A stretch of DNA of 64,000 bases from an uncultured Clostridia bacterium (GTDB lineage Bacteria > Bacillota > Clostridia > TANB77 > CAG-508), in contig CAKPIA010000002.1 of assembly GCA_934162205.1 (NCBI GenBank), positions 100,494 through 164,493 of the forward strand, in the 5' to 3' direction. Made by a program: the position numbers and the translations under genes. A model generated the notes under the pieces. That model searched no databases and had not been told where the DNA came from. It worked only from the letters and a program-made list of their open reading frames with translations. Position 1 is the first letter of the stretch; every line of letters begins with the position of its first letter. This document shows, in pieces, positions 1 to 9,670 of the stretch.

Positions 1-824
1 AAGAAATTTTAAGTAGAACTGTTTTGCAAGAACCAACAAAACAAATAGTTCAGGTTGGAACATCTGAATTTTTAAAAAAATATAATGTACATATTGGTGA
101 TAAGATGTATGTATTGTCACCAGCTAAGTTGAAAAAAGAAACAAAGGAAAATTCAGAAGATGTATGTGAAGTTCCACAAAATTTAGATGTTAAATTGTTA
201 GATATAGGAAAGAATTGGGCAAAAGTTTCATATAACGAATATGAAGGTTTTATAAAAAATGACATTCTCACATCAGCTACTGTAAATCCAGAGATAGCAG
301 AAACTTGCAGAATTTTTAGGATTAAGGAAAAACTTGATATAAATATGGAATTAAACAAACCAAGTGGTTTAACTTTGGAAGATTATAAAAAGGTTTTATC
401 AAATAATTCAAGTGATAAAAATAAAATTTTTGAAGAAAATGCAGAAGTTTTTTACAATATAGAAAATAAATATAATATAAATGGAGTTTTTCTTGCTGCA
501 ATGGGAATACATGAAAGCGGATGGGGAAATTCTGTAATTGCACAGACTAAAAAGAATTTATTTGGTTATGGTGCATATGATAGAGACCCATATGGATATT
601 CTTATGGATTTGATACATATGAAGACTGTATAGAAACAGTTGCAAAAGCATTAGTTAAATTTTATATTAATGAATCTGGTACAGAAATTTATGATGGAGA
701 AACAGCTAAAGGATCATATTATAATGGACCAACATTATCAGGAATAAATACAAGATATGCAAGTGATAAAGAATGGTATAATAAAGTTTTTTCAAAAATG
801 GAAGATTTATATAATAAATTATAA
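1..824 (+). CDS. Cell-wall hydrolase, 5' partial: SH3-like N-terminal region plus mannosyl-glycoprotein endo-beta-N-acetylglucosaminidase (glucosaminidase) domain
   Basis: The frame stays open back to window position 1, so the gene starts upstream. Glucosaminidase signature FLAAMGIHESGWGNS is present, with Tyr/Gly-rich catalytic-region motifs (YGAYDRDPYGYSYGF). Confidence 0.65.
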   Translation, partial: EILSRTVLQEPTKQIVQVGTSEFLKKYNVHIGDKMYVLSPAKLKKETKENSEDVCEVPQNLDVKLLDIGKNWAKVSYNEYEGFIKNDILTSATVNPEIAETCRIFRIKEKLDINMELNKPSGLTLEDYKKVLSNNSSDKNKIFEENAEVFYNIENKYNINGVFLAAMGIHESGWGNSVIAQTKKNLFGYGAYDRDPYGYSYGFDTYEDCIETVAKALVKFYINESGTEIYDGETAKGSYYNGPTLSGINTRYASDKEWYNKVFSKMEDLYNKL

Positions 825-835
825 TGGGAGATAAA

Positions 836-1654
836 ATGTTTAATAAGTTGTTAAAAAATAAATATTTTCCTAAAGTTTTAGTTTTAATATTTATTATCTT
901 GGTTATAGTTATAATTAGTATTATATACAAAAATTGTTTAAGAAGTAGTTTTGCAAAAAAGGTGTCTAAAATTGCAGAGGAAAACGAAAATTCAATTTTT
1001 ACTATAGAAAAGGTATTGATGTATAGTAGTGCAGGAATAAATAATAATGAAAATAAAAATTTAGAGGATTTAGAAATTTGTCAATATACTGATTTAGCAA
1101 TATATATAAATAACAAAAATTATATAAAAGAGATTAATGAAAAAAATACAGTAAGTAAATTATATATAGATAATATTAAAATTGAGAGTGACTCTAACAA
1201 AGGAGAAAAAAATATAAATTATAAAAATATTTTAGACTTTGGGAAATTTAAAATGTTAGATAATGCTGAGAGAATTGATTTTAATATTATAAGGACGAAT
1301 GAAGAAAATGTAGAAAATAATTATTCAAATCCAAGTTTTTATACAGATTGTAGTAACCCATTATCTTTAGGCTATGTTAATAAAAATCTAGCTAAATATA
1401 GTGCTACTCAAAATGATAATGTTGTTTATTATGATGGGAAGGTTTTAAAAAATGCAAAGATTAATTTGAATGACATAAATTATAATATTAGTTTTAAAAT
1501 TCATATAATAAATAATATTAACGAAGAGTTTGTATATGATGCAAAAATAAATGATGTGTTAAGTGAAAATGATAAAGCTATATATAATGGTTTTGTTGCT
1601 AAAATGAAAGTTAAGTTTGATGGGGGAAATTCTTTCTTTAAATTAGTTAAATAA
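836..1654 (+). CDS. Hypothetical membrane-anchored, Asn/Lys-rich protein
   Basis: ATG at 836 has RBS GGGAGATAAA; the ORF track starts at an earlier ATG (824). N-terminal hydrophobic anchor KVLVLIFIILVIVIISII. No recognisable domain. Confidence 0.45.
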   Translation: MFNKLLKNKYFPKVLVLIFIILVIVIISIIYKNCLRSSFAKKVSKIAEENENSIFTIEKVLMYSSAGINNNENKNLEDLEICQYTDLAIYINNKNYIKEINEKNTVSKLYIDNIKIESDSNKGEKNINYKNILDFGKFKMLDNAERIDFNIIRTNEENVENNYSNPSFYTDCSNPLSLGYVNKNLAKYSATQNDNVVYYDGKVLKNAKINLNDINYNISFKIHIINNINEEFVYDAKINDVLSENDKAIYNGFVAKMKVKFDGGNSFFKLVK

Positions 1655-1723
1655 AATTAAATTAATTTAAAATATTTTATATATAAAATATTTTAAAAAT
1701 TTGTGAAGATTAAAAGTATAAAA

Positions 1724-1757
1724 AAGAGAAAATATTGATATTTCAATATTTTCTCTT
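1724..1757. terminator. Perfect inverted repeat followed by a T-run; bidirectional terminator between the 836-1654 gene and the minus-strand tRNA cluster
   Basis: aagagaaaatattga-tat-ttcaatattttctctttttt. Confidence 0.6.
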
Positions 1758-1762
1758 TTTTA

Positions 1763-1837
1763 TGGAGGCGACACCCGGATTCGAACCGGGGATCAGAGTT
1801 TTGCAGACTCGTGCCTTAGCCACTTGGCTATGTCGCC
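1763..1837 (-). tRNA. tRNA-Cys (GCA)
   Basis: The reverse complement folds as a cloverleaf: acceptor GGCGACA / TGTCGCC, anticodon loop CTGCAAA, T-loop TTCGAAT, 3' CCA encoded. Confidence 0.85.
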
Positions 1838-1906
1838 GTATAAAATTACTACAATGTTATCGTATACTGACGCTGTAATTCGCTTCGCTCAAACAGCCTC
1901 AACAAC

Positions 1907-1947
1907 TTGGCTATGTCGCCGTATAAAATTACTACAATGTTATCATA
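1907..1947 (-). repeat. Direct duplicate of tRNA-Cys spacer plus first 15 nt of tRNA-Cys; degenerate pseudo-tRNA-Cys
   Basis: 41 nt (cttggctatgtcgccgtataaaattactacaatgttatc) are identical to 1822-1862. Downstream the D-arm-like sequence GCCAAGTTGTTGAGGC diverges from the real tRNA. Confidence 0.6.
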
Positions 1948-1958
1948 TACTGATGCTT

Positions 1959-2034
1959 TGGAGCGGGAAACGGGGCTCAAACCCGCGACCTCTGCCTTGG
2001 CAAGGCAGCGCTCTATCAACTGAGCTATTCCCGC
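1959..2034 (-). tRNA. tRNA-Gly (GCC)
   Basis: Reverse complement GCGGGAATAGCTCAGTTGATAGAGCGCTGCCTTGCCAAGGCAGAGGTCGCGGGTTTGAGCCCCGTTTCCCGCTCCA. Anticodon loop TTGCCAA, CCA encoded. Position 19 is A and position 56 is T where G19:C56 is expected. Confidence 0.8.
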
Positions 2035-2082
2035 AATTGTTATTATTTAGCTTTATTATAATAACAAAATTCTTAATTAATG

Positions 2083-3357
2083 TCAAGTGTTTATAAACTG
2101 TTTTTGAAATATATTTTCTAAATAGGCTATATAATTGAATGATATATATTTAAAATAGTTTAACGGATTTTTTTTCTTTATATTAATTGTATTCATTATA
2201 TCTAAATTTATTACTTTTTTATTATTAATATTAACTGTTAATTCACCAATTTTTTTATTTTCTTTTATTGGTGCTTCTAGTTCTTTATTACAGTTAATTT
2301 CTATATTTATTGCATTAACTTCATTATTTCTAATTGGAATTATTTCATTTTCAATATTGGAAAGAGATAATTCTATTTTGTTAGGTATTCCTTTTTTTAT
2401 AGTGAATTTTGATAAGTTTTTTAACTTCCAGTTTTCAAATTTTGAATCAATAATTTTTTTTATGTTTATATGTTGATAATTATTAAATGTATATTCTATT
2501 AATTTTATACTATCTTGTGTTCTGAATTTTTTTGTATCTGCACCTAAAACTATGCATATAATGTCTAAGTCATTTCTTTTGCAAGCAGTAACTAAACATC
2601 TATTGGCACCATTTGTAAATCCTGTTTTTACACCATATACACCATTTAAAGTTCCTAATAGTTCATTTGTATTTGATAAATTTTTAGAATTTCCGTTTAT
2701 AGTTACAGTATAATTTTTTGTATTAACAATTTGGGCAAATACTTTATTTTTTAAAGCATAATCAGTAAGAATAGCAAGTTCATAAGCTGTGGTATAATGA
2801 TCATCATTATCTAAACCATGAGGAGTTACGAAATGTGTGTTTATTAAATTTAGTTCTTGGGCTTTTTTATTCATTAAATCAGCAAAACCTTCTATACTAC
2901 CACCTACATGTTCTGCTAATGCAACAGCAGCATCATTTCCTGAACATAACATTAGTCCATATAGAAGATCATGAACACTAATTTTATCTCCTGTTTTTAA
3001 TCCAAGTCTTGATCCTCCTGTTCCTGCTGATTTTTTAGAAACTTCTACTATGTCATTTATATTAGAATTTTCTAGTACAATAGTTGCTGTCATAATTTTT
3101 GTTGTAGATGCCATTTTTCTTTTTTCCTTTTCGTTTTTTCCATATAAAATAATCTTTGATTTTCTGTCTATAATAATTGCTGCTCTAGAATTTATTGTTG
3201 GTAGTTTAGATATATCAGAAGAAGTTTCTACTAATTCTTTTTGTATATTATCGATATTTACTTCTTCTGTATTTTCGTTATTTGCAAAAACGGTATGGGA
3301 TAGAAGGAATAGAGCGATTATACAGAAAAATAAAATATATCTTTTTTTTGATTTCAT
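2083..3357 (-). CDS. D-alanyl-D-alanine carboxypeptidase (serine-type, PBP5/DacF-like) with C-terminal domain
   Basis: Signal peptide present. SxxK motif ASTTK, SGN motif (CSGND) and KTG motif (KTGFT) found in order. Confidence 0.85.
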   Translation of the reverse strand: MKSKKRYILFFCIIALFLLSHTVFANNENTEEVNIDNIQKELVETSSDISKLPTINSRAAIIIDRKSKIILYGKNEKEKRKMASTTKIMTATIVLENSNINDIVEVSKKSAGTGGSRLGLKTGDKISVHDLLYGLMLCSGNDAAVALAEHVGGSIEGFADLMNKKAQELNLINTHFVTPHGLDNDDHYTTAYELAILTDYALKNKVFAQIVNTKNYTVTINGNSKNLSNTNELLGTLNGVYGVKTGFTNGANRCLVTACKRNDLDIICIVLGADTKKFRTQDSIKLIEYTFNNYQHINIKKIIDSKFENWKLKNLSKFTIKKGIPNKIELSLSNIENEIIPIRNNEVNAINIEINCNKELEAPIKENKKIGELTVNINNKKVINLDIMNTINIKKKNPLNYFKYISFNYIAYLENIFQKQFINT

Positions 3358-3746
3358 ATTATATTCACCAATATATATATATGCTAATAAATTAAAAATA
3401 TGATTTGAATTTGGTGTTGATATATGTAAGTTTATAATATATTTAATGATTTACACATATAATAAAAAATTAGTATATAGAAAGTTTTATAAATAAAAAA
3501 ATAGACGTATTGAAAATTAGTAGATTTTAGTCACATAATTTTACGTAAACCCTTGATTTTGTAACGAAAATGTAATATAATTGTAATGTAGGACAGTAAT
3601 TTTGGTGAAATCTATTTCCGTAAAGGATTTAGAAGCAAAATATTACAAAGCCAGAATACTAGCAAATTATGGTATTGACTTATTTTTTTTAAGACTATAC
3701 AATTATTATAGACATAGTATAAATATAAAAAAAGGAAGGTTTAGAT

Positions 3747-6700
3747 ATGAAACTAAAAAAGATGTTTTTAATTTTAATAGGTGTTGTCATTATTAGTACA
3801 CTTTTTACAAACGTAAATGTTGCTAATGCTGCAAATGATACATTGCATGTAGGGTTGTCAAAAGTAATACCAGAAACAAGCAATGGATATGCAATATTAG
3901 ATCCAACAGTTTCTAGTGGAAACGGAAAGACTATTTGGAACTTAATTTCATATAAATCTGCTACAGGAACAGATTATTATGATTTTGCTACAACAAATAT
4001 GTATTGTTTAAAAGCTGGTGCTGGTTTTTATAATGCTGGTGGACAATCAGATCAAGCTGTAAGAAAAGATTATACTTCATTATGTGATTTGAGAGAAAAA
4101 GATAAAATGATTAATAGTACTCATACATATGTAAAAGAACTAGCAAATAGTGATAATTATTATAAAGTATTATATTTAGTTGATAATTTATATATAAAAG
4201 GAAAATCTACAAGTAAAGATATAGAAGCATTACTTCGTAAATCAGGAATATATAGTTCAGAATACATAAATGAAAATAAAGATGTTTTCCATGTTAATAG
4301 TGACCTTGATGAAGGTAAATATTATTACATATCTGATGGAGAATATGATTATTCTAGTTATGTTTATTATGGTTCATTAACAGAGGATGGATATTCACAT
4401 ATATTAACAGAAGAAGATATTGTAGCTGTACAACAATTAGCATTATGGCATTTTACAAATAATGGTACAGATTATGATAAATATTCTCAAAATAATATAG
4501 ATTGGTTAGAATATACAAAGGATAATGCAAACACATATAAAGCAATGGGTAGAGGAAGTTATGGATCAGCAGAAAATGATAGAGCTGAGCAAGCTGTAAT
4601 ATTGTATCACTACTTAATTGATTCAGCAGAGAAAAATGCAGCTAATTATAAAAATGATACAAATACAATAGGAAAACCAATCAGTACAAAATCTGCTAGT
4701 ACATTAAAAGCACAATTAATAGGTGATAGATATGTTGCAGGACCAATTAAATTAGATAAAGATAATGATTTAGTAAATGAGATAAAATTAGATATAACAG
4801 ATAATAATGGAAATGATGTTACTGATTATAGTTTTGTAGACAGCACAGGAAAGACATTAAATGAACAAACAATTTCTGAATTAATAGGAAAAGAGTTTTA
4901 TATATCTTTACCAAAGACATTAATAAATAAAATAAATATTAAATTTAATGTAAAATATGAAACAAAAAAAGCAACAATATATGTAGATAATACAACAAAT
5001 ATAGATCAACCAATAGTTGTACCTGAAATTGAAAATCAAGAATATGATATGCCATTTGTAGTGATTATAGAAGGAAAATTTGATTTAGCGTTAAGAAAAT
5101 ATATAACAAAAGTAGATGGAATAGAATTAAAGAGTACAAGTACAAGAATACCTAATATAGATACAGAAAATACATTAGATAAAGGTAAAGAAACAGCAGA
5201 TTATAAACATAAAAAAGATCCAGTTCAAATTAAAACTGGAAGTATAGTTACATATAATATTAGTGTATATAATGAAGGTGATAAAGATGGTTATGCAACA
5301 GAAGTAACAGATCAATTACCAACAGGATTAAAAAGTAATTTAAAAACAGGAGATGTAGTTACATCAACAAAAGGTAATACATATGTAGTAACATATGATG
5401 AAAAAACAAATAAAGTTATATTTAAATTAGACAAAACAAAAACAGTAAAAGGATTAAGTTCATATGTAACAGGAAAATTAGATAAAGATACAATAGAAAT
5501 TGAATGTACTGTTAGTTTACAGGCAACTTCAAAACAACAAATATTAACAAATGTTGCTTGGATAAGTGAAGAATATAATAAAATTGATGATTTAATAATA
5601 ACAAACCAAACTAAAGCGGATAGAGATTCAGAACCAGCAACTGTACCAAATGTAACTGCAGATAGTTTATTAACAGAAGAACAAGGATACAAAGGAAATG
5701 ACGCAAATAAAGATGATTTAACAGATTCAGAGTATTTTTATAAAGGAAAACAAGATGATGATGACTTTGAAAAATTAATATTATTACCAAAAACTTTTGA
5801 TTTAAAATTGGTTAAATATATAACAGCAATTAATGGAGATAAATCTAAAGGAAGAACAATTACAAGTGTAGATTCTAGTAAATTAAAATCAGGAGAAGAA
5901 ACAACAGCTGAATATACAGTAAGTAAAGATCCATTATTAGTAAGACATGGAAACTATGTAACATATACATTTAGAATATATAATGAAGGTGATTTAGATG
6001 GATATGCTTCTGAAATAACAGAGGATATTCCATATGGATTACAATTTGTATGGTCAAATGATATAGTAACAAATGCTGATGGAAAATTAAATTTTGATAA
6101 AGCTAAAGATTTATCAGAAGAAGATAAAAAGGCAATAGAATTTAACTCAAATTATTATTGGACTTTTAAAGATAGTGATATAAATAAAGATGGAAAAATA
6201 GAATTTGTTGAAAGTACTTATTTATCAAAAGAAACAGAAACAACTGAAAATGGAAACTTATTAAAAGCATTTGACAGCGCAAATGATGATGGAAAAGGAT
6301 CTGGATTATCATATAAAGAAATATCTATTATGTTAAAGGTTACTGCTCCAGATACTTATGATAAAATTATAAGAAATGAAGCTGAAATATCTAAATCAAC
6401 ATATAGTGATGGAAAAGAAGAAGCTAAAGATAGAGATTCAGATACTAAAAAATGGGTAAAATATGAAGATGATGAAGATTATGATAATATAAAATTACAA
6501 TATTTTGATTTAGCATTAAGAAAATTCATTACAGATATAAGTGGAAAAGCTGTTACATCAAGAATACCACAAGTAGAATATAAAGATGGAAAAATAACAT
6601 ATAAACATCCAAAAACTCCATTAGAAGTAGTTGTAGGTGATACAGTTACATATACAATTAGAGTATATAATGAAGGAAAATTAGATGGATATGCTTCTAA

Positions 6701-7742
6701 AGTAACAGATGATATACCAGAATATTTAGAGTATTTACCAGATGATAAAACAAACAAAGAATATAGATGGGTAATGATAGACAAAGATGGAAAAGAAACA
6801 ACAGATGTTTCTAAAGCAGTAAAAGTAACAACAGATTATTTATCAAAAGAACAAGAAGAAACAACAGGAAGAAAGAACTTATTAAAAGCATTTGATAGTA
6901 ATGCAAAAATAAGTGAAACAAATCCTGATTATAAGAACTTAAAAATAGCATTTAAAGTAAAAGATCCAAAATCTTCAGATTATATAATTACAAACCATGC
7001 ACAAATTTCAGATGATACTGATGAAGATGGAAATCCAATTGATGATATTGATTCAATACCAGATGAATGGAATGATGGTGAAGATGATCAAGATGTAGAA
7101 CATGTTAAAGTTCAATACTTTGACTTAGCTTTAAGAAAATGGGTAACACAAGCAATTGTTATAGAGAATGGAAAAGAAACTGTTACAAATACAGGACATA
7201 AAGCAGAAGATGACCCAGAAGAAATAGTAAAAGTAGATTTAGACAGAAAAAAATTATCTAATGTTGTAGTAAAATTTGTTTATAAAATAAGAGTAACAAA
7301 TGAAGGGGATATAGCTGGATATGCAAAAGAAATAACAGATTATGTTCCAAGTGGATTAAAATTTGTAGCAGAAGATAATAAAGGATGGACAGATGAAGGA
7401 AATAATGTAATATCTACAAGATTATTAGAAAATACATTATTACAACCAGGTGAAAGCGCAACAGTTGAAGTTACATTAACATGGATTAATGGTAAAGACA
7501 ACATGGGAGTAAAAGTAAATACAGCAGAAATATCAGAAGATTATAATGATAAGGGTGTTCCAGATAGAGATTCAACACCAGATAATAAAAAACCAGGAGA
7601 AGACGATATAGATGATGCACCTGTTATGATATCAATTAAATTAGGTGAATATACAATAGATACAATATACTTTGTATTAGGTGGAGCAGTACTTATCACA
7701 TTAGCAGGAGGAATAGTTCTAATTAAAAAATTTGTATTATAA
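3747..7742 (+). CDS. Large surface protein: signal peptide, N-terminal thioester domain (TED)-like region, four DUF11-type repeat domains, C-terminal TM anchor
   Basis: RBS GGAAGG. Cys87 in YCLKAGAGF and Gln230 in QQLALW (Q-x-A-phi-W) match the Cys/Gln thioester signature of Gram-positive TIE adhesins. Four repeats start FDLALRK(Y/F/W)(I/V)T and contain VTYT-x-(V/I)YNEGD-x-DGYA-x-E(V/I)TD-x-(L/I)P-x-GL. C-terminal helix IYFVLGGAVLITLAGGIVLIKKFVL. No LPXTG. Confidence 0.8.
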   Translation: MKLKKMFLILIGVVIISTLFTNVNVANAANDTLHVGLSKVIPETSNGYAILDPTVSSGNGKTIWNLISYKSATGTDYYDFATTNMYCLKAGAGFYNAGGQSDQAVRKDYTSLCDLREKDKMINSTHTYVKELANSDNYYKVLYLVDNLYIKGKSTSKDIEALLRKSGIYSSEYINENKDVFHVNSDLDEGKYYYISDGEYDYSSYVYYGSLTEDGYSHILTEEDIVAVQQLALWHFTNNGTDYDKYSQNNIDWLEYTKDNANTYKAMGRGSYGSAENDRAEQAVILYHYLIDSAEKNAANYKNDTNTIGKPISTKSASTLKAQLIGDRYVAGPIKLDKDNDLVNEIKLDITDNNGNDVTDYSFVDSTGKTLNEQTISELIGKEFYISLPKTLINKINIKFNVKYETKKATIYVDNTTNIDQPIVVPEIENQEYDMPFVVIIEGKFDLALRKYITKVDGIELKSTSTRIPNIDTENTLDKGKETADYKHKKDPVQIKTGSIVTYNISVYNEGDKDGYATEVTDQLPTGLKSNLKTGDVVTSTKGNTYVVTYDEKTNKVIFKLDKTKTVKGLSSYVTGKLDKDTIEIECTVSLQATSKQQILTNVAWISEEYNKIDDLIITNQTKADRDSEPATVPNVTADSLLTEEQGYKGNDANKDDLTDSEYFYKGKQDDDDFEKLILLPKTFDLKLVKYITAINGDKSKGRTITSVDSSKLKSGEETTAEYTVSKDPLLVRHGNYVTYTFRIYNEGDLDGYASEITEDIPYGLQFVWSNDIVTNADGKLNFDKAKDLSEEDKKAIEFNSNYYWTFKDSDINKDGKIEFVESTYLSKETETTENGNLLKAFDSANDDGKGSGLSYKEISIMLKVTAPDTYDKIIRNEAEISKSTYSDGKEEAKDRDSDTKKWVKYEDDEDYDNIKLQYFDLALRKFITDISGKAVTSRIPQVEYKDGKITYKHPKTPLEVVVGDTVTYTIRVYNEGKLDGYASKVTDDIPEYLEYLPDDKTNKEYRWVMIDKDGKETTDVSKAVKVTTDYLSKEQEETTGRKNLLKAFDSNAKISETNPDYKNLKIAFKVKDPKSSDYIITNHAQISDDTDEDGNPIDDIDSIPDEWNDGEDDQDVEHVKVQYFDLALRKWVTQAIVIENGKETVTNTGHKAEDDPEEIVKVDLDRKKLSNVVVKFVYKIRVTNEGDIAGYAKEITDYVPSGLKFVAEDNKGWTDEGNNVISTRLLENTLLQPGESATVEVTLTWINGKDNMGVKVNTAEISEDYNDKGVPDRDSTPDNKKPGEDDIDDAPVMISIKLGEYTIDTIYFVLGGAVLITLAGGIVLIKKFVL

Positions 7743-7755
7743 AATATAAATTTTA

Positions 7756-7788
7756 AAGAAGGAAGATTTTAAAATCTTCCTTCTTTTT
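7756..7788 (+). terminator. Rho-independent terminator after the surface-protein gene
   Basis: aaagaaggaagatttt aaaatcttccttcttttt. Confidence 0.65.
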
Positions 7789-7936
7789 CTTTACATTAAA
7801 AAAACCTTATGATATAATTTTCCGTAGTAAAACAAAAGAGGTGGGTATATGAATCAAATATTATATACAGAAAATAAAAAAGGAAATAAACGGATCTGTT
7901 GATATAAAAAAAATATTAAGAGTTTTTGCTATTTGT

Positions 7937-8746
7937 ATGCTTGTTTTTGGAATAGTTTTAACTGGGACAGGTCTATATGCTTTAGTTAAAAAGAATAAAG
8001 AAACAGATAAAATTGAAATTCAAAAACCTGTAATAACAGTCGATAATAATGGTGATGATACAATATCAATTAATGTTAAACATAAAAAACAAATTAGTAA
8101 AGTAACTTATTCTTGGAATGGACAAAGTGAAGAGAGTATAGAAGGAGAAGGAAGGGCTTATATACAAAAAGTAATTGATATTCCAATAGGAACTAATAAT
8201 TTAAAAGTTACAGCAACAGATGTTGAAGGAACAGTTGCTGAATATGAAGGAAAATATGTTGCTGAAGAGGATCCTAAAATAACTATTGATTCTGAAGGAA
8301 CAAATATTAAGGCTAAAATTGAAGGAACAAATAAAATTTCATATATAACATATAGATGGGATGAAGAAGAGGAAAAAAGGGTAGAAGTTGGAGATACAAC
8401 ATATGAGCAAACTATTGAAATTCCTCAAGGGTTACATACATTAACAATGGTTGCAGTAGACATTAATAATAAAACTACAACAAAACAACAAAGTGTAAAA
8501 GGTGTTACAAAACCAAAACTTACTGTTACAACAGATGGTAAAAATTTTATTATAAATGCAAGTGATAAAGAAAAATTAGAAAAAATAGAATTTATACTTA
8601 ATGGACAAACATATAGAATTAATTTAGATCAAAAGAAATTTGAATATAAATATCCACTATCAGATGGAGAAAATCTAATAGAGGTTACAGTATATAATAC
8701 TGATGGATTAACAGCCGTATTTAAGGCCAAATGTACAAAACAGTAA
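7937..8746 (+). CDS. Membrane-anchored protein with three tandem ~75-aa Ig-like repeats; likely true start at 7849 in another frame (frameshift at A6 tract)
   Basis: N-terminal TM helix followed by three repeats. The ATG at 7937 has no RBS. A strong RBS AAAGAGGTGGG precedes the ATG at 7849, whose 17-codon ORF ends at 7902; deleting one A from the A6 run (7876-7881) fuses the two frames. Confidence 0.6.
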   Translation: MLVFGIVLTGTGLYALVKKNKETDKIEIQKPVITVDNNGDDTISINVKHKKQISKVTYSWNGQSEESIEGEGRAYIQKVIDIPIGTNNLKVTATDVEGTVAEYEGKYVAEEDPKITIDSEGTNIKAKIEGTNKISYITYRWDEEEEKRVEVGDTTYEQTIEIPQGLHTLTMVAVDINNKTTTKQQSVKGVTKPKLTVTTDGKNFIINASDKEKLEKIEFILNGQTYRINLDQKKFEYKYPLSDGENLIEVTVYNTDGLTAVFKAKCTKQ

Positions 8747-8757
8747 TATTTTAAATA

Positions 8758-8788
8758 AAGGTTGAAAGTTTTATTTGCTTTCAACCTT
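8758..8788 (+). terminator. Terminator-like hairpin after the Ig-repeat protein gene
   Basis: aaggttgaaag-ttttatttgc-tttcaacctt. Confidence 0.5.
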
Positions 8789-8812
8789 TAAGTTGTAAAT
8801 AGAGGGAGATAA

Positions 8813-9628
8813 ATGGAAATAAATTTTTTAAATTTAGTAGCTTGTTTTATTATATATTCTTTTGCTGGATGGTTATTAGAATCAGTGTATAAAACAATTC
8901 TGCAAAGAAAATTAGTAAATAGTGGATTTTTAAATGGACCATTTTGCCCAATATATGGAATTGGTGCACTTATAATGATATTAGTATTAGGAGAATTTAA
9001 AAATAATATAATATTATTATTTGTTATGGCTTTTATTATTTTATCAATATGGGAATATATTGTTGGATTTTTATTAGAAAAGATATTTAAAACCAAGTAT
9101 TGGGATTACTCAAAATTGAAATTTAATATTAATGGAAGAGTATGTTTAAAAAATTCTATCTATTGGGGAATGCTAGGAGTAATATTTATAGATTTAATAA
9201 ATCCATTTATAAACAAAGAATTAGCATTAATTGATAATAAGATAATATTTTATACTTGTTTAATAATAGGGATATGTATGATTATAGATTGTATAATTAG
9301 TATAATAAGTATTGTACAAATTGATAATGCATTAAAATATATAGAAGAATTAAATGAGCAAATAAGAGATAAAATTGAAGAAGTAAAAATTATTACTAAA
9401 ACAATAGATAAATCAAAAGGAAGTATTCAATCTATTATAAATGAATTAAATAAAAAAAGAGAGAAATTTATTAAAAAATTATATAAAAGAATATACAGAT
9501 TAAAAAGAGCTTTCCCAACAATGGAATCTGAAAAAATTACAGAGCTTTTAAATAATAAATTAGAATTGAAAAATAGATTTAAGAAAAATAAAAAAATTGT
9601 AAAAAATAGTAAAAAGGACTTGAAATAA
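8813..9628 (+). CDS. Polytopic membrane protein with C-terminal Lys/Glu-rich coiled-coil tail (DUF1113-like, uncertain)
   Basis: RBS AGGGAG. Four to five predicted TM helices, then about 100 aa of charged coiled coil. Confidence 0.45.
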   Translation: MEINFLNLVACFIIYSFAGWLLESVYKTILQRKLVNSGFLNGPFCPIYGIGALIMILVLGEFKNNIILLFVMAFIILSIWEYIVGFLLEKIFKTKYWDYSKLKFNINGRVCLKNSIYWGMLGVIFIDLINPFINKELALIDNKIIFYTCLIIGICMIIDCIISIISIVQIDNALKYIEELNEQIRDKIEEVKIITKTIDKSKGSIQSIINELNKKREKFIKKLYKRIYRLKRAFPTMESEKITELLNNKLELKNRFKKNKKIVKNSKKDLK

Positions 9629-9670
9629 TTTATATTATATATATAATTAAGAAAAAAAGTGGAGGTAAAA

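Noticed and set aside
1824-2096. 90-aa plus-strand ORF
   Set aside because: Lies entirely over the two minus-strand tRNA genes and the duplicated spacer; no RBS.
3050-3403. ORFs antisense to or overlapping well-supported genes (3050-3403, 3602-3796, 3695-3883, 5312-5692, 6479-6784, 35287-35785, 40603-41014, 41669-41968, 62309-62659)
   Set aside because: Each lies within or against a gene with strong domain evidence; compositional artefacts of AT-rich DNA.
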